63,669 nucleotides of DNA, from contig CAYRCU010000003.1 of the NCBI GenBank assembly GCA_964422865.1, positions 1-63,669 on the forward strand, written 5' to 3'. This DNA comes from an uncultured Gammaproteobacteria bacterium (lineage in GTDB: Bacteria; Patescibacteriota; Microgenomatia; UBA8517). Under the pieces are notes generated by a model. The model had not been told where the DNA came from, searched no databases, and was given only the letters and a program-made list of their open reading frames with translations. Below, in pieces: positions 1-7,689 of this stretch. The translations under genes and the position numbers were made by a program. Position 1 is the stretch's first letter; every line of letters starts with the position of its first letter.

Positions 1-25
1 AAGTTCGTGGGGCATATTATGTCCT

Positions 26-53
26 ATAATATCAAATATTTACCAAATGTCAA
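26..53 (-). promoter_or_regulatory. sigma70-type promoter pointing out of the left edge (TTGACA-N16-TATTAT with TGn extension)
   Basis: The minus strand reads TTGACA (53-48), 16 nt, then TATTAT (31-26) preceded by TGA. An ATG at 15-13 (MPHEL...) runs off the window. Confidence 0.55.
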
Positions 54-76
54 AACAAAAACCTCACCCCCACTCT

Positions 77-188
77 ATCATTCTTCCTTCCATGATATAA
101 GCAAAGCTTGCATCATGAACATCATTCTTCCTTCCATGATATAAGCAAAGCTTGCATCATGAACATCATTCTTCTTTCCATGATATAA
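77..188. repeat. 44-bp tandem repeat, about 2.5 copies, duplicating the 3' end and stop codon of the PilX-like gene
   Basis: ATCATTCTTCCTTCCATGATATAAGCAAAGCTTGCATCATGAAC is identical at 77-120 and 121-164. A partial copy at 165-188 has one mismatch and lies in the CDS end. Confidence 0.95.
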
Positions 189-1578
189 ACTCATATTCTC
201 CGGTTGTGGGAAAGTAGGGTGGGGGAGCATAAAGAAGATTCGCATCATAGTAGATGTCACGGGTTATAAATCCACTGGTGGGTGAACTGCCGTAATTCCA
301 ATAACTTTTGCTATACGAAATCAAAGCTCCATTTATAACCAGGCTGTCTCTCACAGCATTAGTAGTGCCGCCGCACCACCAAAAATATCCGTGCCTGATA
401 ATTCTCCCCTTTTGCGCCATCACCGCTCCGTCAACCCTAAAATCCGTAGGCACATCCCTTGCAATATAAATATCATTTTGGGCGATAAGCCCAAGAGTAT
501 TGCCGCTGTTATAATCTTCATAAGTAATATTCCCCGGAATCCATATATTTGCAGTTCCTGAAGTCACCGGAAACTCAGCGGCAACAACGGTAGTCCTTCC
601 GTCTACAATTCCTTCCACCCAAAGATTGTCTTCAGCAAAAATAATAGGAGTATCAGCCAGAGTATAAACTCCCATATACTCTTCATCTCTTATAATCTGG
701 TATCTTCTCCTGCAGCCCCCCTGCCCCTCCTGACCGAGTCCTTCACCGGGAACACTATATCCTTTGATCGAGCTGGTTCTTGTAATTCTGCTTACGGACA
801 CACTTCCATCGGCGTCAAAAACCAAGTGATACCCCGCACTTCCGGACGGACCCAAATAAAGCCCTTCCGTTTGGGCGGAATCCCGCATATTGGCAAAATC
901 AAAGTTCATTCCGTCAAAATCTACAGAAGTCACCGGAAACTCCCACAGGCTCTGGTCCCCGCCGCTTCCCCAAACTCCCGGTTTCCAAGTCGGAGGACTG
1001 CATCCGGTCTCACTGCCGCATCGATACTCTTCCTTTGCGCTTGTAACCCTCCCCGTATTTGTTCCATCCATCCTGATTCCATTATTCGAGTGAATATCTC
1101 CATGTACCGTAATATTTGTTCCGTACCAAGCACTGGCATTGTTTAAAAATGCAAACTTTGCCAAAGATGGTTTTCCGTACGCAACAGTGACAGTCCTCTT
1201 TATGGCAGGGTAGTCATCCGTTTTCCCCGTCGATTTTATTGTCACAATCGAGGATCCGCTGTTGGGAGGAGTTATTTCCAAACTAAACTCTCCCACCCTT
1301 GCTCCCTGAGGGTCAAAATATTCATGTACATATGTCCCGTCTTGTCCGGTTCCGTCCTGAAAATCCTCCGGATCATGTGCCAAATGCCATCTGTAATAAT
1401 TTACTCCGGCCTCAGCAATGCTCAGCGCCTCTTCACTTGCAACCTGTCTGTGTGAATAATTAAGCTGAATCGACAAAAGAAGAAGCAAGCCATAGATGGC
1501 AACAACAAACGTGCCCGTTATTACAATCAAGGCCGGCGTTATCTGCCCTTTTTGGTTTTTAATACTCCTGCGTCTCAT
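166..1578 (-). CDS. PilX/GspK-like minor pilin with large C-terminal beta-rich domain
   Basis: 470 aa. Basic leader, then KG|QITPALIVITGTFVVAIYGLLLL; PilX-like A..IAEAGVNY helix; operon with two prepilin genes. Confidence 0.75.
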   Translation of the reverse strand: MRRRSIKNQKGQITPALIVITGTFVVAIYGLLLLLSIQLNYSHRQVASEEALSIAEAGVNYYRWHLAHDPEDFQDGTGQDGTYVHEYFDPQGARVGEFSLEITPPNSGSSIVTIKSTGKTDDYPAIKRTVTVAYGKPSLAKFAFLNNASAWYGTNITVHGDIHSNNGIRMDGTNTGRVTSAKEEYRCGSETGCSPPTWKPGVWGSGGDQSLWEFPVTSVDFDGMNFDFANMRDSAQTEGLYLGPSGSAGYHLVFDADGSVSVSRITRTSSIKGYSVPGEGLGQEGQGGCRRRYQIIRDEEYMGVYTLADTPIIFAEDNLWVEGIVDGRTTVVAAEFPVTSGTANIWIPGNITYEDYNSGNTLGLIAQNDIYIARDVPTDFRVDGAVMAQKGRIIRHGYFWWCGGTTNAVRDSLVINGALISYSKSYWNYGSSPTSGFITRDIYYDANLLYAPPPYFPTTGEYEFISWKEE

Positions 1579-2183
1579 AAATTATCCTTTCTCGTCCTGA
1601 TTTGGGAAAAAGTGTTCAAAATATAATCTTTTTCAGGCTCTCCATCCCTTGTATTTAGTCTCAAAAATATCTGAACCACTCTGATTTCGCTCAAATCTGC
1701 CGGTGTCGGCAAAGGATTATTAATTGTATCCCCAGGCCAATCACTGTTGTAGTAATAAAAAACAGGTTCATCTCCGTTTCTTACATTCTGTGCAATGGTC
1801 TTCGTTTTGGCATTTTCCGGCGGATACGAAGCGGGAGTACCCATAGGCTCAATTACGGATTTTACTAAATCCGTCCCGCTTAGGTAATATCTCACTCTCT
1901 CACTCTGTCCGTCAACATCAATATCACTATAAAAAATAATCTCCTGGTTATCCGCAAGCTCCATCAAATACGTTCCGTTATCTCCGCTTCTTGCGGTTCT
2001 AATCTCCCGAGCAAAGCTCCCTACCGCAAAATTGCTCTCATTTACAATCAAAAACTGATCCATCGATGTAACCTGCCCCTTGCTCATCACATACTGAAGC
2101 CCAACTATTCCAACGCCAAGTGCAACCAGCAAAACCGCGCCCACCATCACCTCAACAATAGTAAATCCTTTTTTCATCATCAC
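1575..2183 (-). CDS. minor pilin with prepilin N-terminal cleavage/methylation motif
   Basis: KKG|FTIVEVMVGAVLLVALGVGIV with E5. GTGA/ATGA overlaps with both neighbours. Confidence 0.85.
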   Translation of the reverse strand: MMMKKGFTIVEVMVGAVLLVALGVGIVGLQYVMSKGQVTSMDQFLIVNESNFAVGSFAREIRTARSGDNGTYLMELADNQEIIFYSDIDVDGQSERVRYYLSGTDLVKSVIEPMGTPASYPPENAKTKTIAQNVRNGDEPVFYYYNSDWPGDTINNPLPTPADLSEIRVVQIFLRLNTRDGEPEKDYILNTFSQIRTRKDNL

Positions 2184-3514
2184 AAGCTGTTTAGTATTAT
2201 AAATTCGATCTTTTCAGCAGAAACCTCAATTTCACCCACAAAATCCTCGTAGCCGACAGCCGTTGTATTAAGCTGGTAAAGTCCCGCTTCAAGCGAATTA
2301 AAAAAGCTCTGTCCCCAGTCAGGATCAGTTTCAAGTCCGCTGACAACAGTTTCATTATAATCCGAAGGTCCGGTCAAGTCCGCTGTCACGTCCGGCACCG
2401 GGTCACCGCCGCTATTTGTGAATACAATTCTTAAACTGTTATCAGTCTTAGTATCCAAAGAAAGCATTAAATTCACATCTTCCCCCGGTAGGGCCGAGAT
2501 AGGTGAAAGGGGATTACTGCCGGAAATTACTTTTGTACTGTCCGAAGGCAGTTCCGCGTAATAATTATCCCATTCAAGGTTTTCGATCGTCAGCGTCCCC
2601 AAAGAATTTGTTACAACCTGTTCATCAAATTTATACACAGGCTCGTCAGTATCAGTCGTTCCGATTATTTTTTCCCCGCGGATCCTGACGATTTGATTTC
2701 CAAGAGGTAAAAATCCGCCGTCCCGCGGGCCAAAAGTCGAGACACTCATTGTGCCAACAACATCAATTGCAAAACTCACCTCGGTTAATTCTCCCTCAAT
2801 CACTGTCAAGTGAGGTTTTGAAGGGTTAGCAATCTCACTCGTTGAGTATGTCCTGTCTGTGCTAAATCCCTCGCGGCTCACAGTAATCTGGTAGCAGGAA
2901 TCACATATCGGAGCCCCCGGAAGAACAATAATGCCGTTTATATTTGTTTGCAGTGTCAAATCCACCTGAGGATCAACACTGTCGGCAACAATATGGGTAT
3001 CAGCTCCCGACACAGGCTGTCCCTGGGCATCAAAAACCATAATTTGTATCGTCCCCCCTCCAATTGTCGTCTCAATTCCTTTCGGAGCAATATCACTCAC
3101 CAAAGTAATAGTATTTGACCCCGATTTTGCAATCCCTCCCCAGCTTACGTCAACCCGCACTCTCTTGTAATCATTAGGAAGGGTATCTTCGGGTGCGAGC
3201 CCGTCAAAAGGGTCATCCATATAAACAACACTTGTCTTAACAAGGTAACTAAGCCCGTTTAATTCCACCTGCTCTTCTTGTTGCAAAATCCCGGGAGGAA
3301 TTCCCCCAACCGTTCCCACATCCGAAAAAGGCAAGTTGTGAATTATCTCCATCTGTTCACCCGCCAAATGCCTGGCATTAATTCTTGCACGGGTAAAACT
3401 AATAAGATTGTATGAAGAAAACACCAAAGCAATCACGGCTTGAGACAAAATTGCAAGTATCCCAATCGCAATAATAACCCCAATATATATCTCTCCCCTT
3501 CTGACTTCGGGCAT
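2180..3514 (-). CDS. large minor pilin with carboxypeptidase-regulatory-like (beta-sandwich) domains
   Basis: RRG|EIYIGVIIAIGILAILS hydrophobic N-terminus, a PilV-like segment (EQMEIIHNLPFSDV), then G.I.I.V.DAQGQPVSGA repeats typical of CarboxypepD_reg-like domains. Confidence 0.7.
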   Translation of the reverse strand: MPEVRRGEIYIGVIIAIGILAILSQAVIALVFSSYNLISFTRARINARHLAGEQMEIIHNLPFSDVGTVGGIPPGILQQEEQVELNGLSYLVKTSVVYMDDPFDGLAPEDTLPNDYKRVRVDVSWGGIAKSGSNTITLVSDIAPKGIETTIGGGTIQIMVFDAQGQPVSGADTHIVADSVDPQVDLTLQTNINGIIVLPGAPICDSCYQITVSREGFSTDRTYSTSEIANPSKPHLTVIEGELTEVSFAIDVVGTMSVSTFGPRDGGFLPLGNQIVRIRGEKIIGTTDTDEPVYKFDEQVVTNSLGTLTIENLEWDNYYAELPSDSTKVISGSNPLSPISALPGEDVNLMLSLDTKTDNSLRIVFTNSGGDPVPDVTADLTGPSDYNETVVSGLETDPDWGQSFFNSLEAGLYQLNTTAVGYEDFVGEIEVSAEKIEFIILNSL

Positions 3515-3521
3515 TAATTTT

Positions 3522-3530
3522 AGTATACCA
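3522..3530 (-). promoter_or_regulatory. extended -10 element (TGGTATACT) 7 nt upstream of ATG 3514, probable leaderless promoter
   Basis: Plus-strand AGTATACCA at 3522-3530; no Shine-Dalgarno before the start. Confidence 0.6.
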
Positions 3531-3596
3531 GAGCTTTAAAAAACTTTGGTCTAATGGAATTTCAAAGATGAAAACTGTAGAATTAAATCACCTGCC

Positions 3597-5006
3597 ATGT
3601 TTAAAAAGTCATTTGTATCACTTGTTTTTTCAAGCCAGAAAATTCAAATCCTTCAACTGGACTCCAGCAAAAAGAAAATTAAAAGTTTCGGCTCTTTTCC
3701 GCTCCCCAAAGGAACCATCATAAACCGTCAAATTAAAAATCTTCCTCTGCTTACTCAAACAATCTCCACAGCCTGGAAACAGCTTAAGTTAAAAGAAAAA
3801 TCAGTAGGGATCGTAATCCCTGAATTTTCCACATTCACAAAGTCAATTAAACTGCCAAAGCTCTCACCTTCCGAGCTGGACGAAGCCGTCCGTTGGCAGT
3901 CAAAAGACTTTCTTCTCGATTTAAGCCACGACATGGTCCTTGATTGGGAAGTTGTAAAAGAGGAGGATGGTGAGTTCCAAATTCTTGTTGTCGCCATGCA
4001 AAAAGATGCTTTGACACACTACGTTGACGCAACAAGTAGGGCAGGGCTCTATCCGTTGGTCGTGGAAACCCCTTCTCTTTCTCTCACAAGAATCTCGGAT
4101 GGTGATGACAAAGGCAGACTCATCATTTACGTAAATCAGGATGAAACAATCCTTGTCATTTCCCAAGGTGAAACCATTATTGCAAGCTCAGTAGCTACAA
4201 GCAGCTCTCAAAACGAGATAATTAAAACCGCAATTCGGATGCTCAACCATTACAAAAACATCCCCGTATATAGAATAGTGGTGGGGGGAATCGGCATTTC
4301 CCGGGAATTTTTAAAAAATGTCCAAACCTACACCCAACGTCCCACGGAAATGGCAAGTGTAAAGGTAGAAGGCTTAAACCCCGGGCAAATACAAGAATAT
4401 TTAATTCCCCTTTCCCTGCAGCTAAAAAATCCGGCTCAGCCTAAAGATGCGGCAACAATAAACCTTCTCCCAACCGCCTGGGCCAAGCATTACCAAAGTA
4501 AAAAAAACCTCCAAAATTATTGGAGTATCACTCTTTTTACCTCTTTTGCTACCTGGGGTATTTTTCTTGTTACATTTGCGGTTTTTCTAATCTTTGGCCA
4601 AAAAGTAAATAGTCTCAAAAAACAAATATCACAGGACTCGAGCCTTCTGGATAGCAAAGTAATCGAAAGAATTGATGAAGTAAACAGTTTGTCAAAAAGT
4701 GTTTTGACAATTAACGCAGTTACTCTTTCACCTCAGTCTGTTATAAACCAAATCGCCTCAAAAAAACCTTCGGGAATAAGCATAAATCTATATGACCTTA
4801 ATTTGGAAAAAGGGGAATTAATCATAAAGGGAAATTCATCAAACAGGTCATCCCTCCTTGCATTTAAAGATTCACTTCAAAAAATTGAAGGAATCATGGG
4901 CGTAGAGCTTCCGATTACAAATTTTATAAACGAAGAAAACATTGACTTTAATATAAAACTCATCACCAAAAAAGAAGAGAAAAAAACCCCAAAACTCAAA
5001 ATATAA
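3597..5006 (+). CDS. pilM: PilM-like actin-fold protein fused to a PilN-like membrane/periplasmic domain
   Basis: N-terminal PilM-like features (TKSIKLPKLSPSELDEAVRW, MVLDWEVV, AGLYPLVVETPSLSLTR), one TM near aa 310-335, then a PilN-like tail (LIIKGNSSNRSSLLAFKDSL). Confidence 0.7.
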   Translation: MFKKSFVSLVFSSQKIQILQLDSSKKKIKSFGSFPLPKGTIINRQIKNLPLLTQTISTAWKQLKLKEKSVGIVIPEFSTFTKSIKLPKLSPSELDEAVRWQSKDFLLDLSHDMVLDWEVVKEEDGEFQILVVAMQKDALTHYVDATSRAGLYPLVVETPSLSLTRISDGDDKGRLIIYVNQDETILVISQGETIIASSVATSSSQNEIIKTAIRMLNHYKNIPVYRIVVGGIGISREFLKNVQTYTQRPTEMASVKVEGLNPGQIQEYLIPLSLQLKNPAQPKDAATINLLPTAWAKHYQSKKNLQNYWSITLFTSFATWGIFLVTFAVFLIFGQKVNSLKKQISQDSSLLDSKVIERIDEVNSLSKSVLTINAVTLSPQSVINQIASKKPSGISINLYDLNLEKGELIIKGNSSNRSSLLAFKDSLQKIEGIMGVELPITNFINEENIDFNIKLITKKEEKKTPKLKI

Positions 5007-5008
5007 AC

Positions 5009-5578
5009 ATGGAAATCAAAAAACAAACACAAAAACAAAAGCCAAAAAGAAAAACTAACAAAGCCATTATCGGAATAATTTTTCTTAATGCAGTAAATGT
5101 TATTCTGATTATCCTTCTTATTCTTATTTTAAAAAAGCTTCCCGTCATCGCAAAGGAAGTTAAAGACCTTAAAAATAAGTACGTATTAGCTCACGAAAAA
5201 ATAGATCAAGCGGTTCTCAGATCGGACCTTTTAGTTTATAACGAGAAAATAAGCTCCATCGAATCACATTTTGCCGACGAAGAAAGTATCCTTAATTTTA
5301 TTATCGAAATAGACAAGCTCAAAAGCGCAGGTCTTGTTGCAGATTTTTCATTTGTTTCAGAGGAACCCGTCAAAGATAAAACCGGCTCGTTTGGCTTCCC
5401 GATATTGATAGTATCAGAAGGCTCAATCCAAAACGTAAATTCAGCACTCGCAAAGATAGATTCCCTGCCTTACCTTAAAAGGGCAGTGGATGTTAAGCTA
5501 ATTATAAACGAAGACAAAACAGTCAAACTTGAATACGGAGGGTTTATCTATGTCTCAAAAAATATCATTTCAGATTGA
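5009..5578 (+). CDS. PilO-like membrane protein
   Basis: 189 aa. N-terminal TM, coiled coil and ferredoxin-like C-terminus (EGSIQNVNSALAKIDSLPYL); follows the PilM/N gene. Confidence 0.6.
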   Translation: MEIKKQTQKQKPKRKTNKAIIGIIFLNAVNVILIILLILILKKLPVIAKEVKDLKNKYVLAHEKIDQAVLRSDLLVYNEKISSIESHFADEESILNFIIEIDKLKSAGLVADFSFVSEEPVKDKTGSFGFPILIVSEGSIQNVNSALAKIDSLPYLKRAVDVKLIINEDKTVKLEYGGFIYVSKNIISD

Positions 5579-5792
5579 TCGTTTTCTGGTAATTTTTGGA
5601 ACAGTTCTCTTGGCACTGTCCATAATTACAATTCTTTCACTAAAAACTATACTCAGCTCGGTAATAACTTCGCGCCAGGTTGACGATGAACTTCTGCAAA
5701 GCTCAATTCCTCGCCTGAATAAGGAAGATATAGACAAGGCATTTGAAATTACTACCAAAAAAGGCACAATGTCACTTGACTTGCATGAGTGA
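5550..5792 (+). CDS. small single-TM pilus-associated protein (PilP position)
   Basis: ORF track 5529-5792. I prefer ATG 5550, which follows a GGAGGG motif. One TM; lies between PilO-like and pilin genes. Confidence 0.5.
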   Translation: MSQKISFQIDRFLVIFGTVLLALSIITILSLKTILSSVITSRQVDDELLQSSIPRLNKEDIDKAFEITTKKGTMSLDLHE

Positions 5793-5822
5793 AACTGTGT
5801 ACAAATATAGTATGAACAAAAA

Positions 5823-5862
5823 GGGAGGGTATACCTCCCGGGGCTTTTGCGAAAGGGGGTGA
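5823..5862 (+). promoter_or_regulatory. pilin 5' leader: GGGAGG/CCTCCC hairpin followed by strong Shine-Dalgarno AAAGGGGGTGA
   Basis: 6-bp stem at 5823-5828/5834-5839 with a 5-nt loop; SD at 5852-5862, 5 nt before ATG 5868. Confidence 0.6.
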
Positions 5863-5867
5863 TAGAA

Positions 5868-6368
5868 ATGACATTTAAGAAAAAAGAGAAATTTACGCTT
5901 ATAAGCAAAGTTCGTGAGGGTTTCACTCTCATCGAGTTGTTGGTTGTTATAGGAATTATTGGTATTCTTGCGGCTATCGTATTGGTCGCTGTAAATCCGG
6001 GAAGACAGTTTGCTCAAGCCAGAGATACTCAACGTCGAAGCGATCTTCTGCAGATCACAAATGCAGTCTATCAATTCGCCGCCGAGCACAATGGTAATTT
6101 GCCGGATACCGATGGTGATGATACAACGAGCAATTTCCCAACGACGGCCACATGTATAGGAACAGATGCAGCATGTTTCAACCTGGCAGCAGCAAGCGAT
6201 GCCGCTGGAACGGAACCTGTTGTAGCAACCTACATTGCCGGAATGCCGATTGATCCATCGACGGGAACAAGCGCGGACACTGGTTACACTATTTATGTGA
6301 ACGCCAACGGTCGCGTAGTTGCATCTGCAGTTGGAGAATTAACAAATCCAATTACAGTGGAAAGGTAA
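5868..6368 (+). CDS. type IV major pilin
   Basis: REG|FTLIELLVVIGIIGILAAIVLVAVNPGRQFAQARDTQRRSD; Cys pair; strong SD and terminator. Start moved from the ORF-track TTG 5847 to ATG 5868. Confidence 0.9.
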   Translation: MTFKKKEKFTLISKVREGFTLIELLVVIGIIGILAAIVLVAVNPGRQFAQARDTQRRSDLLQITNAVYQFAAEHNGNLPDTDGDDTTSNFPTTATCIGTDAACFNLAAASDAAGTEPVVATYIAGMPIDPSTGTSADTGYTIYVNANGRVVASAVGELTNPITVER

Positions 6369-6369
6369 A

Positions 6370-6413
6370 AAAAAAGAGAAGCACCTGCCCCAGTGTAAGG
6401 ACTTCTCTTTTTT
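6370..6413. terminator. probable bidirectional intrinsic terminator between convergent genes
   Basis: 12-bp inverted repeat AAAAAAGAGAAG (6370-6381) / CTTCTCTTTTTT (6402-6413) right after the pilin stop, with U-tracts on both strands. Confidence 0.7.
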
Positions 6414-6507
6414 CGTGGTTTCAACTGTTTTTATACACTTTGTAAAACCAACTCCAAACCTCACAGAAGCTAATACGGAAGCTATTCGACATTCAATCAC
6501 AATAGAT

Positions 6508-6798
6508 TTAATCTTTGTGCCAAGGTAATCTTGCACCTGGTTTCCCAAAAAACATTGCGGCAACCAGAGAGAGTGCAAAACCCCCCGCTATAAATCCCCA
6601 AAGATCTGGATTGTTCACAGGATAATAACCTAAAAGCAAAACAGCAATAACAATATTTACAAACGACCAAACTACATTGATAACAGGAGAAGAAACTCTT
6701 TTGAATGGCGTCATATGTGTCTCCCCAGTTATTCCTTTTACAAGATGGGGAACGCCGTTAAACAGGAAAAATCCCGCTACAAAAGTTTTTATTATCAT
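6508..6798 (-). CDS. small conserved-type membrane protein (3 TM, NGVPHLVKG...TPF...SSPVINVVW motif)
   Basis: 96 aa hydrophobic protein; perfect SD AGGAGGTGA (6813-6805) 6 nt before ATG. Confidence 0.75.
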   Translation of the reverse strand: MIIKTFVAGFFLFNGVPHLVKGITGETHMTPFKRVSSPVINVVWSFVNIVIAVLLLGYYPVNNPDLWGFIAGGFALSLVAAMFFGKPGARLPWHKD

Positions 6799-6837
6799 AT
6801 TTTCTCACCTCCTCTGGTACAATTTATACTAACACTT

Positions 6838-7689
6838 ATGTTTACCAGAATTCCAGTTTTTAATAAAACAAAAGTTTACATTGGATCTTTGGGCAACGCC
6901 CGCGATGTCCAAAAAGCTGTAAAAATAATAAAAAATGGAGGCGTAGTGGCCGCTCAAATGAGAAACGTCTTTGGGATATGGATTAAGGGGAACGATGTTA
7001 AAGCTATCAATAAAGTTCACAGCATCAAAGAAAGCGACCCCAATAAACCTATAAGTTGGATGATGCTTAGTAAAGACTTTCTCAAATATATCGACAAAAA
7101 GCTTGTTCACAAAGACCTTGTAGACATAATAAAAGACTCAGAAAAGTTTTCACAGAGAATTGGAGCAATCTGCCATATCAGAGCTCCAATAAAATCTTCA
7201 ACAGTCGGAAACATCCCTTCCTCTCTTTTGAGCACAGAAGACGGTAAATACTACGCGCATAATCTGGATCCGTTTGGACATAAAGGAATAACAAACTTTA
7301 TTAGCAAACTTAACAAGGCAGGAGTTATTTTTGTCGGAGTTACAACTTTAAACAAAAGTGGATGTCCAGAAATCTGCAAAATAAAAGATGCTGTAAAATA
7401 TTGTCGCAAGAAACAGATATCTATGCTGCTTACCGACCCTCAAAACACAAAAAAGAGTGTTTTGGGTTCGTTCACAATTATAGACATTGAGAAAAAAAGT
7501 GTCTTACGTGAGGGCAACATCCCCGCTCAGGTGATTGAAAAAATACTTGGAGTAGATTTTAATAAATTAAACACTAAGTCTTCAAAATTTCCTTTATCTA
7601 ATTTCACACCAATCATTAAACTTGACCTATCTCCAGAAGAGTTAAGAATAGAAATTCTCAATTACATTTCGGAAGACAAAAATATCTAG
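6838..7689 (+). CDS. divergent YrdC/Sua5(TsaC)-like protein
   Basis: GGVVAAQMRNVFG, K...NKPI, TTLNKSG, FTIID and LREG correspond to YrdC-fold motifs, but PTET, KxR and TSAN are substituted. Start moved to ATG 6838, 7 nt after TATACT. Confidence 0.7.
   Translation: MFTRIPVFNKTKVYIGSLGNARDVQKAVKIIKNGGVVAAQMRNVFGIWIKGNDVKAINKVHSIKESDPNKPISWMMLSKDFLKYIDKKLVHKDLVDIIKDSEKFSQRIGAICHIRAPIKSSTVGNIPSSLLSTEDGKYYAHNLDPFGHKGITNFISKLNKAGVIFVGVTTLNKSGCPEICKIKDAVKYCRKKQISMLLTDPQNTKKSVLGSFTIIDIEKKSVLREGNIPAQVIEKILGVDFNKLNTKSSKFPLSNFTPIIKLDLSPEELRIEILNYISEDKNI

Noticed and set aside
77-188. Mini-CRISPR array (24-bp repeat with 20-bp spacers)
   Set aside because: The spacers are identical, the repeat is part of a CDS end, and there are no cas genes; it is a tandem duplication.
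5812-5862. 16-codon upstream ORF (MNKKGGYTSRGFCERG) in the pilin leader
   Set aside because: No SD, and too close to the candidate -10 to be a credible start; probably chance, though its stop lies in the pilin SD.
5868-5930. Second FTLI motif in the pilin leader as an alternative cleavage site
   Set aside because: Preceded by K rather than G and lacks E5; DNA similarity to the real motif is weak.
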